Shown: positions 1 to 15,683 of the stretch, piece after piece
Layout of the letters: every line of letters starts with the position of its first letter
Position numbering within the stretch: the first letter of the stretch is position 1
DNA from: Parasitella parasitica NRRL 2501
Lineage: Eukaryota; Fungi; Mucoromycota
Length of the DNA stretch: 64,000 nucleotides
Reading direction: 5' to 3'
NCBI GenBank assembly: GCA_025201805.1
Contig: MU619284.1
Coordinates: 117,065-181,064, forward strand
Notes under the pieces: model-generated
Databases searched by the model: none
Seen by the model: the letters and a program-made list of their open reading frames with translations, nothing else
Told to the model about the DNA's origin: nothing
Program-made: the position numbers and the translations under genes

Positions 1-16
1 TCTTTCATTGATTTAG

Positions 17-1205
17 AAATTGCAAAAGCTCTTGATAGCGTTGGAGTTGATTACCTTGAATTGACTTCCCCTGCTGCTTCTGAGCAATCCCGTAACGATT
101 GCACAGTCATTTCTAACCTCGGTTTAAAGGCCAAAATCCTGACTCATGTCCGCTGTCATATGGACGATGCCAAGTTGGCCATTGACACCGGTGTGGATGG
201 CCTTGATGTCGTTATTGGCACGTCTAGCTTCCTCCGCGAGTTCTCTCATGGTAAAGATATGGATTACATCACCAAGCAAGCTATTGAGGTAATTACGTAT
301 ATCAAGAGTAAGGGTCTTGAAGTTCGTTTCTCCACTGAGGATTCTTTCCGTTCCGATCTTGTTGATTTGTTGAGCATCTACAAAGCTGTTGACAAGATCG
401 GCGTGAATCGTGTTGGTATCGCTGATACTGTTGGTTGTGCAAACCCTCGCCAAGTCTACGAACTCGTCAAGACCTTAAGAAGCGTTGTTAGCTGTGATAT
501 TGAATGCCATTTCCACAATGACACTGGTTGTGCTATTGCTAATGCCTATGCCGGTAAGCTCCAGATCATAGATTTATTCGTAGTATGTGTGGTATTTACA
601 GAGCATTGTGTTACATAGCGTTGGAAGCTGGTGCTACACATATTGATACTTCAGTTCTCGGTATTGGTGAGCGTAACGGTATTACACCTTTAGGTGGTCT
701 TTTGGCTAGAATGTATACAGCTGATAAGGAGTATGTCAAGACCAAGTATGATCTTACCAAGATCCGTGAGGTCGAGAACATGGTTGCCAAAGCTGTTGAA
801 GTTACAGTTCCTTTTAATAACTATATTACTGGCTACTGTGCTTTCACTCACAAGGCTGGCATTCACGCTAAAGCCATTTTGAACAACCCTTCAACTTATG
901 AAATCTTGGACCCTACTGATTTCGGTATGACTCGTTATGTTAGTATCGGTCATCGTTTGACTGGTTGGAATGCTGTCAAGAATCGTGTTGAACAACTTGA
1001 TCTGGATTTAACTGATGACGATGCCAAGGTAGTTACAGCTAAGATCAAGGAATTAGCAGATGTCAGACCCCTTTCCCTGGACGATGTCGATATCTTGCTG
1101 CGTTCATACCATCATGCCAAGGCTGATGGTGCTCACAAAGACCTCTTGGACATGATTGGGAAGCCCGAACACATTACCTCAATTGGATCTGAAGCAACCG
1201 CATAA
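17..1205 (+). CDS. LYS20: Homocitrate synthase (5' end lies upstream of the window)
   Basis: Motifs [57 protein letters not shown]. Intron 554-618 (GTAAGC...CATAG) joins [13 protein letters not shown]. Exon begins after the AG at 15-16. Confidence 0.95.
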
Positions 1206-1585
1206 GCCGACCCACAAATTAGCACGCCTTTTACTCCATAAGAACAGCAACGACATTATAAATATTCTACTCCCATTCCTTTTTTTTTTTTTTTCTTTTT
1301 GGATAATCTCTATTTATTTATTTTGTAAAACTATTTCTTTACCGCCATATTCACACATTCTACTTCCATTACATGTATAAAACAAACCCAAGAAATAAAA
1401 AAGAAATATACGATCAAGATCTATTATTAATTAATTATATAACCCAATAGATCTTTCCATCTGATCGATTTACTACATTTGGAAATAACACAGTTTGTGA
1501 AGTATAAAGGTCTAGATTAATGATGTTATTCAGAAATATCAGGAAGTGATGTATACTAGTGCCACACTGAATAAATACGTTTCAG

Positions 1586-2153
1586 TTAATTTAAATTCAT
1601 ACAAACAGGTTTACCAGAGTATGGACAACAGGGATTAGCAGGGTCTAGTTAAACAATAATTTTTAGTTTTTTCATGCAAATTCATAAAAAAAAAGCCTTA
1701 CTTTGGAATTCGCAGCTTGATTTGCATTCTTTAGGACAAGGCCTAAAGATGACTCTAGGACAAGGACGATCTAAACATGATGTTCTTTTATCATTGTTGT
1801 CTTCTTTGTTAGAAACTACGTTTCTTTTCGTCTCAGATTCAAATCTCTTGTGATGCGGTGGCCAATTCTTGGGCTTCTCGTTGGGGCAATGAGGCGGATG
1901 TGTCTTTGGGCATGGCAAATCAGGGTAGATACAGGTATTTCGGCATCTTTTTGGGCTGCATAATGTTAGCTTATTAGCCTCATGATATTTACTGCGTCCC
2001 TTATTCTTACCAAGGAACAATAGACATGATACAAATTTCTTGATCAGGTTCTACGATGAGGGAATCGTTGCTCGCAGGCAAAGAATCCACGTTTGTAGCG
2101 AGGGCAAAAACAGATACTAGCAAAGTAGCGGCAATAAAAAAGATGGATTTCAT
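1586..2153 (-). CDS. Secreted cysteine-rich protein/peptide precursor (about 151 aa, 3 exons)
   Basis: Exons 2153-2011, 1955-1702, 1644-1586 with GT-AG introns and CTAAC/CTAAA branch sites. Signal peptide MKSIFFIAATLLVSVFALA, two Cys-rich modules (6 and 8 Cys), three KR sites in the linker. Confidence 0.8.
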
Positions 2154-2646
2154 TTTGCAATAAATGAAAATGTATTGGAAAAAATGGTCAGGAATGAGTT
2201 ATCAGTGTATATTTATATAAGGCAAATTCCAAATCTTTGGCTGTCAGAATTCTATGCTCGTGATATAACATGGTACATCGGCAATACTCTTACTCTATAT
2301 TCACTTTTACATGCATATAATAAATAATTATGCGCCAAATGTAAAGTACAGTTCTTAATCTAATTTTATTTACTCCTTGCGCAATATTCCTTTCATAAAG
2401 CCATTTTTTATGTGTAAAATTCGGTAGTGTACATTATTATTGTCAATTGACATGTACGTATGTATATAATTCAAATTACATGTGTCTCATGGCATGATCG
2501 ATCATGCAATTTACGGCGTATGTGGGCAAAAATACCCATAAATTAAATTTCAAACAATGTGTCTAATATATGCATTGGTTGATATTTAATACGTATAGTT
2601 TTTATTATCAAATATTATGTATATATAAACCAAGAATTTAGTAAAT

Positions 2647-4289
2647 CTACAAGAAATTGAGACCAAAACCAAATTGAATTTTGGGTTGAGGGAGATCTGT
2701 AGATTTATATTTTAAAGGTATGCAGTAATTTAGTTCAATTTTAGCAATGCTATGATGAAATATCAGACCGAAACCGGCAGAAGTACGGGGCGTTTCGCTA
2801 AGAGCCTTGATAGTGTCACCAATGCTGACACCTTTGGTGCTAGAAACAATGCTACCAGCATTTATAAATCCATGGGCTTTAACAGGCAAATGGGTAAAGC
2901 CAGGGATAGAGGCAATCAAACTAGCACCAGCAGCCCAATAACCTTCACCACCAACAGGCTCTTCTATATATGCATAAATCATTTGTGATCAGTATACGTA
3001 AATAGTTCCAACTAGCATAAACATCTTACCGCTCTCCCTAATACCACCCATCTTGAAACCTCTGACAGACAATGGACCGCCCACGTAAAAACGATCAGAC
3101 ATCTTTGGTCCACTGCTGGCCTTGCTATTTTCCAAAATAGTGGAAAATATACCTGCTCTAAAACTAGTGCTAAGGACAAACGTGGCATTATCTTTACCCT
3201 TGCAGTCAATAAGAGGCTGGTGATAGGATGCGTTCAATTCATGCTTCAAGAAGTTGCTATCACCACGGCCGCCCAACCCAGCCAATTCTTGGAAAACGCC
3301 AAAATAATGACCCTTGGTAGGAAGCACAGTGTTATCACGTTGATCGCGCACAAAAGAGTGATATACAGAGGTCTTTTCGTTTGCACCTGACTGACTACGT
3401 ACACTATGCAAAACTCGCAATCAGAATGCAATCCTTTCTTCAGCACACAAACATTTAACAGCACTTTACCCTTGAGAGGCAGCTGACAAAGCGGTGACAT
3501 CTCTATGTGTCACCGCATAGGCAACTTCGTGCTCACCATACTGGGTCCATCCCCTGAGGCGAACGCCAGTTGCCTTTGCACTTTCCTTGTATGCATAAAT
3601 TTGAGAATGGTCTCTAATGGAACCATTTACAAAAACACCGATTCTAGTATTGGCATTTCCGCGGAAAGGCGTCTCGAAGGCACCCTATGTGATAAAATAC
3701 GCTTAACTATACGTCTAATTTGCAGCGACCTAGTTAGATAGTCTACTTACCTCCACTGCAGCCTTTGTACGATTACCAAATGCAAAATTAGCAGAGACTG
3801 ATTCAGCTCCACCGAAAATGTTGCGCAAGCCAACCCCACCGTTCTAAATAATCTGCATTTTTAGTCGTACTAGACAGATCAGAGAGTATTGCCATTTCTT
3901 ACCAATTCAGCTTGGTTGTTTCCAATATTCAACTTGGTCTCGAACAAACCCTTATCTTTTTCCTTCAAGTGGAGTGTGACATCAACAGTGTCAGCAATAT
4001 CATGATTCGTGTCGAGATAGATCTTGATTTCATCGAAAATGTCGTGCTTTTGTAATTGAGCAGCAATGTCTTGGACTCTTTTAAGGATTTCTTCAGTGGT
4101 GTTGGCGGTGAACACATTTGAAGTGACGCTATTCAAGAAGGAATTGCGTGTAGCATTTGTGCCCAAGATGCGCAGAGCATTGACACGGAGAGGTGACTCT
4201 GCTGCGACGTGCTGTCTCTATGGGTTTAGTCGAGTTTCTATTACATGTCAAAATTGATTACATACAGGAATGGGTGTTTCTGTGGACAT
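2647..4289 (-). CDS. SAM50: Mitochondrial outer-membrane beta-barrel assembly protein Sam50/Tob55 (Omp85 family), multi-exon
   Basis: POTRA-like N-terminus, LRNIFGGAE, DRFYVGGPLSVRGF, GGEGYW, C-terminal beta-signal QFGFGLNFL. Confidence 0.92.
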
Positions 4290-4429
4290 CTGTTTTATGC
4301 AAATGAATAAATAAAAAGAAAAAACTGTGTGGGGAAGCAACACATTTTAAGTGTTTAAAATGAACGAGGTCACATCAAAAACAGCAGGTTATTATGATTT
4401 CGATGTCCCCCCTGCCAACTCCAACGTTG

Positions 4430-6308
<1,879 letters not shown>

Positions 6309-6323
6309 TACCGTTTCTATTAT

Positions 6324-6363
6324 NNNNNNNNNNNNNNNNNNNNNNNNNNNNNNNNNNNNNNNN
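6324..6363. other. Assembly gap (N run)
   Basis: Run of N next to a poly-A tract. Confidence 1.
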
Positions 6364-6700
6364 AAAAAAAAAAGAAAAAATAATATAACATTCATAAGGA
6401 GTGAATTAGCTGTTTTGCTTTTATTACTGCTGTGACTAATGTGTCTCGGTGTAGTACAGTACAATAAAACTCACTTTGATGTGTGATAATACAAATGATA
6501 CTGAAACTAAACATCTACTCTACTGGAATGTGATATATAGTAGGATTTGGAACAGTAGACTGATTCACACTTGTATTGATTGCGTTCATCATGCCATTCA
6601 ACCTGCTAGTATGGCCATGTCTTCCACATGAGCGGCATTGTTGTATTCATTGAATACAATGGGTTACCATTATTTTACATCCGCCATCATGATAACCGTC

Positions 6701-6851
6701 GTCATAGCAACCGTCCCTGGATCAAATCTATTGTTATAACCTTGTTTGAGAACAAGTCTCAGATGTGATCTGGCAATCGCTGTCATAGTAACCGTTCCTG
6801 GATCGGATCCAATATTGTAGACTTGTTTGACAACTAAATGTCAAATATGAT
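6701..6851. repeat. Degenerate direct repeat, 81-bp period, 2 copies
   Basis: gtcatagcaaccgtccctggatc at 6701 vs gtcatagtaaccgttcctggatc at 6782; similarity continues through cttgtttga.aac. Confidence 0.8.
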
Positions 6852-8910
6852 GTGATTTTATTCATAAATCGATTCAGGTAAAGTTAGTCAAACTAAAAAC
6901 ACAACTTCCTTTCAATTATTCGTTGAAGCCCTTAGTTTTGTATTTGTTAAATTCATAATATCCATTAACTTTCCCTTTTTTATCATATACAACCGTCTGC
7001 TATACCCTTTTCAAAACTTAGCATAATAGGCATAAAATATTTACCAAAATGCCTAGTGGTTCAAGATGTCTAACTTTTGCATCTATGATTAACTTCGTGA
7101 CCTAAACAAACTCTTAACTTGGTATCTATTATTTAAGCATTGTTTTCTTGCTTTTAATGCCCAATGACCGTAAAATACAGGATCCCATCATTTTAAATAA
7201 TTTGTAATGCGATGTGATAATCACGTACTAATTATCAGTTTACACGCTATAGCGTCTTAACTGCCCTTCAGACGGGCTATTATATCTGCTTGACTGGTAG
7301 GAAGTGTGAATGTAAGATACGTATTAGATCCTACCTAAAGATTCACTGAATTGGTACTCTTTAAACTTTCAAGAATGTTGCGTATGTCAAGCCGCTTTAG
7401 ATGATTTGGTTGGCTGCCTTTTACATCGTTATTACGGCCTCATCCTTAGCATATTTTATACTTTTTTTATATCAGCTGTATGACAAGAAATTCCACACAT
7501 CCTGTATTACTAAAAAAATGTATCATGAATATGGAGACAAGAATAAAAAGAACGACCAACATTTAGGCAAAGGAGACAAATTTGATCGGATTAATTTTAT
7601 ATACAGAATATACCTCTTCTTTTGTCTCCAATGTTATGCAGCAAATATTTAAGTTTGGTAAACAATTATTTATTGTATTATCATTAAATGTTGAAATTTA
7701 TAACACAAATGAGCTTATGTGATCCAATTAGTATTCCATCAGTGGCAACAGAATTTTTTCTTTTGGTATGATTGACCGTCGCCTGATGTGTTTAAAATCA
7801 AATCTGCTCCTAGAAAATCCGATACATGTTTATTTTTTGGATCATCTATTGAAAATGTGCAGAAATTGAAACCTACTAAGGCGAAGCACACGCACTCCGT
7901 CTCAAATTTAGCTTGTAAATTTGACAGAAATAAATCAGTGTTGTCAATCGCCAGAAACAGTTAGATCTGTTAGTCAATTTAGTTAGTGTGTTCAAAACAA
8001 AATGCAATTTGTTTGATGCAAATTGAGCACTGATAAAGATAATGTCATAACATACAGCTGTTTTTGTGGCGATTGTTTATAGACATACTGGTGAGTTGTA
8101 ATATTTACATGTACAGTGTATGCATGCAGCACAATAATTGTGTTAATTTCCTCTTATGGTCGCAACATTTACCTGTACAATAAAATGAAATATATGGTCA
8201 TTGCGTCTAACTTCTATTTTTGATATATTTTTCAGTAACAAGAATACAAATCGTCGCGTGATTGATTTTTGATCAAATTATAAAAAAAAACCAATACATC
8301 TACCAAAATGCTGAATTGATGAATAGTAAAGTGTATGCAAAAGAAAGAAAAAGGGAATGACAATGCCTGGATTGTATTTGCATGCTAAAATAATCATCCT
8401 TGTTGTTTTTGCAATGGAAAAAAAAAAAGCAAAAAGGTCTAGATTTCTTCAAGGAGGATAAAAATAAATGATCAGGTGAAAATCTAGGTTCTTTTTTTCA
8501 GATCGAAATGGTCTTTTTTATTCTATTTATTTGTTCACTACACTTGGTAAATCAATGTCGTTTCGTTTCTTCAATGTAATATACGATCAAGTAGTTATTA
8601 CTTAATTGATTTAATCAATCAACATTGAAACATTAAGATAGACTCTTCTCCTTCCATCATCAAAAGGATTAGGAATAGATTACCGGGCTTTTTATTTACT
8701 TCCTATATACCCGTGCAGGTTTCGTACAACGTACACCCCTTTATCTCTCTTTTCGATCCCGGGTTGCCTTTAAATTTACAAGAGACACTACCTTTTTTCC
8801 TCTCTTCTTTTCAGTTTTTCTTTCTTCCTCTTTTATGTTATTTTAACAAACAAAAATAACATAACACTAACTAAATTTATTCGTTTTGACACTTCAATCT
8901 AAATTGGCAG

Positions 8911-9651
8911 TTAACGGGCCTCTATCCGACTTGGATAGACGTAGTAAACGTAGAAAAGTATCAACATACAAGCCAGCAATGACACACACGCCTCCTCTAC
9001 CGTCTCCACCAGATTTAAAAATACAAGATTATGAAGAATTGAGTAGTAAATATATAATAGAGCACTCTTCTCAACAGCAGCAGAATAAAAAAACAACAAT
9101 ACCGCTTTCTCCACCATTACAGCCATCAATTGCATCTCCTCCTTGTCTCGAATTGCCATCATCATCCCCAGCATTACCCTTAATAAGCGACTTGTCGCAA
9201 TTTCATGCATTAGATATCGTACATGACCCAAGTTACTGTATGTTTAGGATCCAATTAGACAAACAGAATACTGGTAATCAGAAAAGGAACATATATCAAG
9301 TGGATGGCATACTAACATAAATAATCAGCTGCATTATGCTATTTGCCAACTAGATGTAAAAATATCATCGAATTCTATCATATTGTAAATATTTCCATTC
9401 TGTACAAAAAATAAAAAATTAACTACAAAGCCATACTTACTTTATTTCTATTATAGGAAATACCAGTTGCATATCGACATCAAGGTCTAGGCGACCTTTT
9501 ATTGTACCGAGCATTCCAATGGGCAGAGAAGTCGCAACTTCTAGTGATACCGACATGTCCCTTTGTTCGTAAATATTTAGAAACACGTTTTCCCGACCAA
9601 AAGAGTGGAGATTGGTCATGTATTGTCTTGAGCGAAAGAAAGTCTTCATAG
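8911..9651 (+). CDS. NATD1/YjdJ-like GNAT acetyltransferase (Acetyltransf_CG) with Pro/Ser-rich N-terminal extension; 5' end uncertain
   Basis: Spliced: ...LDIVHDPSYCMFRIQLDKQNT/AALCYLPTRCKNIIEFYHI/EIPVAYRHQGLGDLLLYRAFQWAEKSQLLVIPTCPFVRKYL. The R-x-Q-G-L-G acetyl-CoA motif and IPTCPFV are typical of the family. First in-frame ATG is 8979, but there is an acceptor-like CAG at 8908-8910. Confidence 0.82.
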
Positions 9652-12576
9652 CAACGTTTATTCACAAATGCATCCGCCTTACAGCATTTTAGTCCTTTAC
9701 ATCTTTATCCAACTGTCTTCCAATAATGCAAATTGCTCCTATTATAACCCTCCTCTTTTTTTCTTTCTTTTTTTTTTCTTGTTTTTTCTCAGTCTCACGC
9801 ACGCACTCTCTTATAATCCAACTCGTTCAAAACTCATCTTATTCTCCTCATATCCTTGTACTTTTTTAAACCATATTGTAGCAACACAAAACATATTGCA
9901 ATAAATTATTCTCATTTATTTTTATTCCGGTTTTTATTGTTATCTTTTGTGTGATAAATGCATTTAAATTACAATTAACAAATATTATATAAATCGTTTC
10001 TTTAAACATTTGTTATACATTTTGAACACAAAGAATACGAGATTGGTAAATCAGATTTTTTGGAAGAACATTTACTCATGCTCTGTTTGATTCCCATGAT
10101 CAAACCAAGTAAACGATGAATAATCTATTGTTGGATGGTACAACGAAGGACAATAATCATATGCCTACGTATAATTTTTTTTTGTTCATTTTGCTGTTTC
10201 ATCTAAAGAATCCTGCGAAAAAAGCAATTGACTTACGCTCTTGAAACATAATGCGATCCATGTTTCATTTATATAATAAGTTTGTCCCACTCTTGAATAT
10301 TTATATAAGGATAAACCTCATCAGCTCATACTCTAGCATGTCGAGAGATCATTCAAATAGCGTTTGACGAGTTCACACGCAGTGGGTAAAAAGAATGTGC
10401 GAGTGTTCTCGTCAATTCTACCGATTATCTGAGTACATACGATATAGGTTCAACTAGTAGTAAGCCAGTACCTTTCTCTTTTTTAAAAAGGCACATTTTC
10501 CCGATGTGAGCATGATGATGCCCAATCTTACGTTCGCACATATGCTAAATACCCTGAGATTCAAAAAAAATAAGTGTCTTCTCCCTTCAGGAACGACATG
10601 TGTTTACCCTGCACCTAGCAAATGCGCCCTAAAAAAGTGCTACTGTAACATTTGATAGGATTCGGGGCAACAATATTTTGACGTTGTAAGAGTTATAGCA
10701 GCTTGATTCAACGTAAGAGAGTAGACATAACAATCTATGCCCTTTCTTTTAGTCTGTTCTTTTCTCTATCTCGCCCTCTCTATCCTATTCTTTTCTTGCC
10801 AGACTATCATCAAACAAACACGCAATGGTAATATGAATTTCTGATTTTAGTTTGCCTGTTTGTTTGCTTGCTGAACCCTAGCACATATTGAGCCGAGTCA
10901 AAATTAAACTTTTATGCTTTTCTGTATTAATCTGGTTAATTATCTTGTCTAATGATATTTATGACGATTCCTGATATTCGTCATACATATAAGATTTACA
11001 TAAACACAACATATTTATTTCAATATCCATATATTGAATATCAGAGTTGGAGCGTTAAAGGACAAACATCTCAAAACGAAGTCATTTAAATGCTGTATCT
11101 AGCACACATAGAACAGGGCCTCATCCTCTAAACAAGCATCAAATTGTCCAAAACTAGCACAAACACATTCGTGGCCCCTCTTTAATCGCTCCCCTGATTT
11201 TTAGAAGTACATCTTTTGGAAACCCTATATATACCGCTTTTTTTGGCTCGGTCTAACATGTACCTGAGGTTAAGTTGCCCTAGCCTTATTCGGTAAAATG
11301 TCTGAAACTAATTTACTCAGCCTTTGCCCGCTTTTTGCATCTTCTAGGGAATGCTAGGGAACGACATACATGTTGCTACTGATATCAGGTTCACTGTCAA
11401 GGGTTAATTGAAGATAATCATATATCTAGCTTCAGCACATAACTGTCACTCTGTATAAAACATTGCCAACTGTAACATAGAATCAAAGAAGGAAGATTCC
11501 ATCAACCAATGGATTATTATAACACTTGAGCTCGTCTGTCAATTTTCAAATTGAGGTTAGCACGAGTATAACGAATTTTTTTGTTATCCAAGCAATATAT
11601 ACACATGTATATAATGGTCATGCTGCTTTACCAGCATTGACATCCCAGAGAATGGTTCCAAAATCCAAGTTGAAATGCAAATTTGACAGGGAGAAAAATG
11701 AAGCTGCGCTTTAGACAAGCTACGACTGTTGTTATGCATTATCTTAGCCAAGAATGCGGGTAATAACTCAAAATTGGATGCAGCGCTGATTTATATCATA
11801 GAAAAGACTCTATATATAAGGAGACCTCAGGGTTTGGCGAGGAATGACACCTCCAAGAATTTGATGTTTTGTGGCCTTGAGAAACAATCCAAGCAATGAT
11901 GTACTTCTTCTCCAGGTGTTCTCCAAGCCTGTTGACAACAATGTTTAGTTTTGATGAGTAACATGATAGCTAAGGAGATCGTTGATCATGTATATGTATA
12001 TATATAAGAAGAAGATCAAGGTTAGTGCAAATATCTATTGGTTGCCTAAAGTCATCTAAAGAACCAGGTAGTTCAGAGTTCCTGCTACTTTCAGTACTGC
12101 TCAGGGATTCTGTGTGGAGAAACTTATTTTCGATCTACATGGCATTGCAAGCATCTTAATTTATTGTAAGATAAATTCAAAAGAGCAGCTTCACTCCAAA
12201 CCTCCAACTATGCGGCAGCAATCAGTATAAATAAGCATCTTAATAGCAGTGCCATGCTGATTCTCTGAGTATATCATGCAAATTGTTGATTAATGATTAT
12301 CAAAAGCCAATCAGAACTTATTAAAATCAGGGACAGTGTGTAGCTTCAAACGCTTTTGTCTCCTTTTTCTCTTGCACAAATGTTAAAGATTTGGTGGTTG
12401 ATGCTGGAAGCACAGAATACAAACTAGTGACCCCTCTTTGCAACCCCCCTTTCATTTTTGTAAATTATATGCACTGTAACACAAGTTTGTCTCTTTAAAA
12501 GGAATACAACATTACTTTCTCGTTCCTTTTTGTATAATTACTTTCTTTCTTCTTTTTTTTTTTTTTTTTTTTTTTT

Positions 12577-12586
12577 NNNNNNNNNN
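12577..12586. other. Assembly gap (N run)
   Basis: Run of N after a poly-T tract. Confidence 1.
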
Positions 12587-12614
12587 TGGTACTGAATTAC
12601 GACAAAAAAAAACA

Positions 12615-15441
12615 ATGGGAGACAATGTCACCGCTTTTGCAGCAAATCGCAAGAGATCGAGCTCTGTATCGGCAACGAGACAGCACAATAGCAAAGAAAC
12701 CCTCGCTCGCAAGCATTCTGAGCGGCACCAAGTTATGAAAGTCCAAAATTATGTTATTTATAGAAAAACTATCGGTGCAGGATCAATGGGAAAAGTCAAG
12801 TTGGCTGAATGCCTCACAGACGTTCATAAACAAAAGGTAATTCATTTGGAGATGCTCTTTCATTTGCTCTCACTAAGCCTTGTTTGCGCCATGTATAGTA
12901 TGCAGTAAAAATTATGCCTAAAGTAGATTTGGCATCCATTCCAACATCAGCCAAAACCCAAGATCCAAAAGATACACCTGAAGAACGTGAGCAACGAACA
13001 ATTCGAGAAATGGCAATTATGCGTCTGTTGAGACATCCCAACATCTGCCAATTGAAAGAATACATAACCGAGGGTGACAAGTACTACATGTTTCTCGAAT
13101 ACGTAGATGGTGGTCAGTTGCTAGACTATATTATCAAAAACGGCAAACTAAGAGAGAAACAAGCTAGAAAGTTTGCACGGCAAATTGTAAGCGCATTGGA
13201 CTATTGCCATCGAAATTCTATCGTACATCGAGATTTGAAGATTGAAAATATTCTTATAACTCAATCCGAGCAACTCAAAATCATTGACTTTGGTCTATCC
13301 AACGTATATTCACCCACACAGCAACTCAACACATTCTGTGGATCGCTGTACTTTGCAGCACCAGAGCTCTTACGAGCAAGGCAGTATACAGGCCCTGAAG
13401 TGGACGTTTGGAGCTTTGGTGTGGTTTTATATGTTTTAGTGTGCGGTAGGGTTCCGTTTGATGACACCAATTTACCTGCACTCCATGAGAAAATCAAGGC
13501 TGGCATTGTAGAAGATTATCCTGACCATCTCGGAAAAGGTATGTGCATGAAAAAGGAGGCAAGAGAAGTTCAGCTGATATGGCTAATATATAGATTGCTT
13601 GGATTTGCTTTCCAAGATTTTCGTCGTTGATCCAAGCCGTCGTATAACATTGTCTGCCATTCAATCACATCCGTGGATGAACAAAGGCTTTGAAGAACCT
13701 ATTCGCAACTATTTACCTCACAGACAAACATTAGAACATATAGACATGGACATTGTAAATGGAATGGATGGGTTTGGGCTAGGAAGTCCTCAGGAGATTG
13801 CTGAAAGACTACAAAAGATTATTTCATCCTCTGCATACCAAACAGCTGCATTAAAAATTGACCAAAACTTTCAAAAAAAGGCGAGCGACGATCAGTCTTT
13901 GGCTAATAAACCGCGTTGGAGAAGGACATTGTCAACTCGCAAAAAGGTGGTTATGGAAGACGATTTTCAGTCGCTACCTGCCATGTATGACCCGTTCGTA
14001 TCTATTTATTACCTTGTGAAAGAAAGACGAGAATCTGACCAAAGAAAGAAACAATTGCTCGAAGCAGAACCAAATACACTTGCCCTCAGCAGGTCAACGA
14101 GTACTTTGGTTGTCAGCAGGCTATCTGCAAAAACCGCTGGGAGTGATATCACTTCTTCTCCCGACGGATCATCGCCACCTCTATCAGGTGTAACTCCATC
14201 TCTTACCAGAAGAAGAACGTTTGATACGTCTAAAAAGTTGCCTGATTTACCATCTCTCAATCGACTAGCCGCTCAAAAACAACAGGAGGAACCAGGCACG
14301 CCACTCCCGTCAGTGTCGAGCAGAAGTGAAAAAAGGAAATCAGCAACTACACTCATCAGAAAAAAGAGTTTACAAGCAGCAAGGAAATTTGGTATCAAGT
14401 TAACGGGCACCATGCATCAAGATTTGTCGTCTCGTGCATCAGATGACAACGGATCAGTAACACCAAATATTTCCAAAAAACATTCTAATACTAGTCTAGT
14501 AAACTCGCCATCCTCGTCGTCAACCACCACTACATCAAAGACCGCCATTACTGCTGCAACCGATCAGGCAGCGGCAACAGCAGCCAAAAGACCGAGTTTT
14601 TCCACCAGCGTAACAAGCATCCCCTCATCTCCTAGGAAATCTAATTGGTTGAAACTTGAATTAAATAATAGCACAAATAAGCAGCAAATCCAGCAGAAGC
14701 GCCAATCTGCCAATTCTGCTTATAACAGACCATCTTGGAAAAAACTGTCGATTACCCGAAAGAACAATCGTCATTCTATGGATCACTCAACAGGCAATTT
14801 ACCAACGAAAGACGATCCAATGCTAGATAAATCTGCGACGCTTATCAAGAAATCTAGTTCAGCCACCTCAACGAACAACCAACAGAATGGTAATGGTACG
14901 TATCCATAAAAAACATTTCATTCTGTAATGAAGCTTTAATATACTTTATTGATATTATCTAGACCCTGCTTCGCAGCTACCGCCAACCATAATCTTACAG
15001 TGTAGTAAATCCGAACTTATTCAATCATCCAAAAAGAAATCCAATGCCAACAATCCCAAAAGCTTATTCCATTTCAATCGGGGCCACTTGATTCGTATCA
15101 CACCTACACAAATGATGACAGACTTGACTTACATCCTTGAGCAGCTGGACATCGAAATTCTAGGCAAGGAACAGTTTCAGTTTATTTGTCGTTGTACATA
15201 CCGTATTTGGTCCAAATATTTGCAAGAAGGAGGCCATGATAAAATTTCCATTCATGCAGGCAATAGTAATAATCACCATGGTGATTTAAAGTTTGTAGTC
15301 ATGATTTATGAAGCTAGATGGGCAGGTGGAAAGATAGGTATCAAACTTAAAGACATGGATGATGGTAATCTCTACACAAAACAGGTGCTCCAAAATATAT
15401 ATCATGCCATTTTAAGTGGGATTAACAGCTTGACAATTTAA
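12615..15441 (+). CDS. KIN1: KIN1/KIN2-like (MARK/PAR-1) Ser/Thr kinase with C-terminal KA1-like region, 4 exons
   Basis: [55 protein letters not shown], and [13 protein letters not shown], as in fungal Kin1. Confidence 0.9.
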
Positions 15442-15683
15442 TGGCTTGCTTCACCAACTTGTTACCATGTCATTATGCTTTGTATTATTGTAGTACCTCT
15501 TTCTATCATCTTTTGTTTGCATACTTATTTTGTATCATTTAATGACATATCATTCATAATAAATATATATTTCATGGTATATCCTTGTTATAAATACATG
15601 TGAACTACTACTATCTGTTGATTACTTTTGTTTAGGATACAGATCAAATCTTAGCGGTAATGCATTATACTCTGTATAATACA

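Noticed and set aside
7480-7560. Minus-strand FLFLSPYS*...IQDVWNFL resembling a Tc1 PPYSP..NPIE..W motif
   Set aside because: Too short and degenerate, spacing is off, and no other DDE motif was seen nearby.
8710-8770. ttcgatcccgggttgcc resembling a tRNA T-arm
   Set aside because: No acceptor stem partner, D-arm or anticodon arm could be folded.
11690-12000. Coding-like fragment in the long intergenic region before KIN1
   Set aside because: Interrupted by stops, with no start codon or identifiable family.
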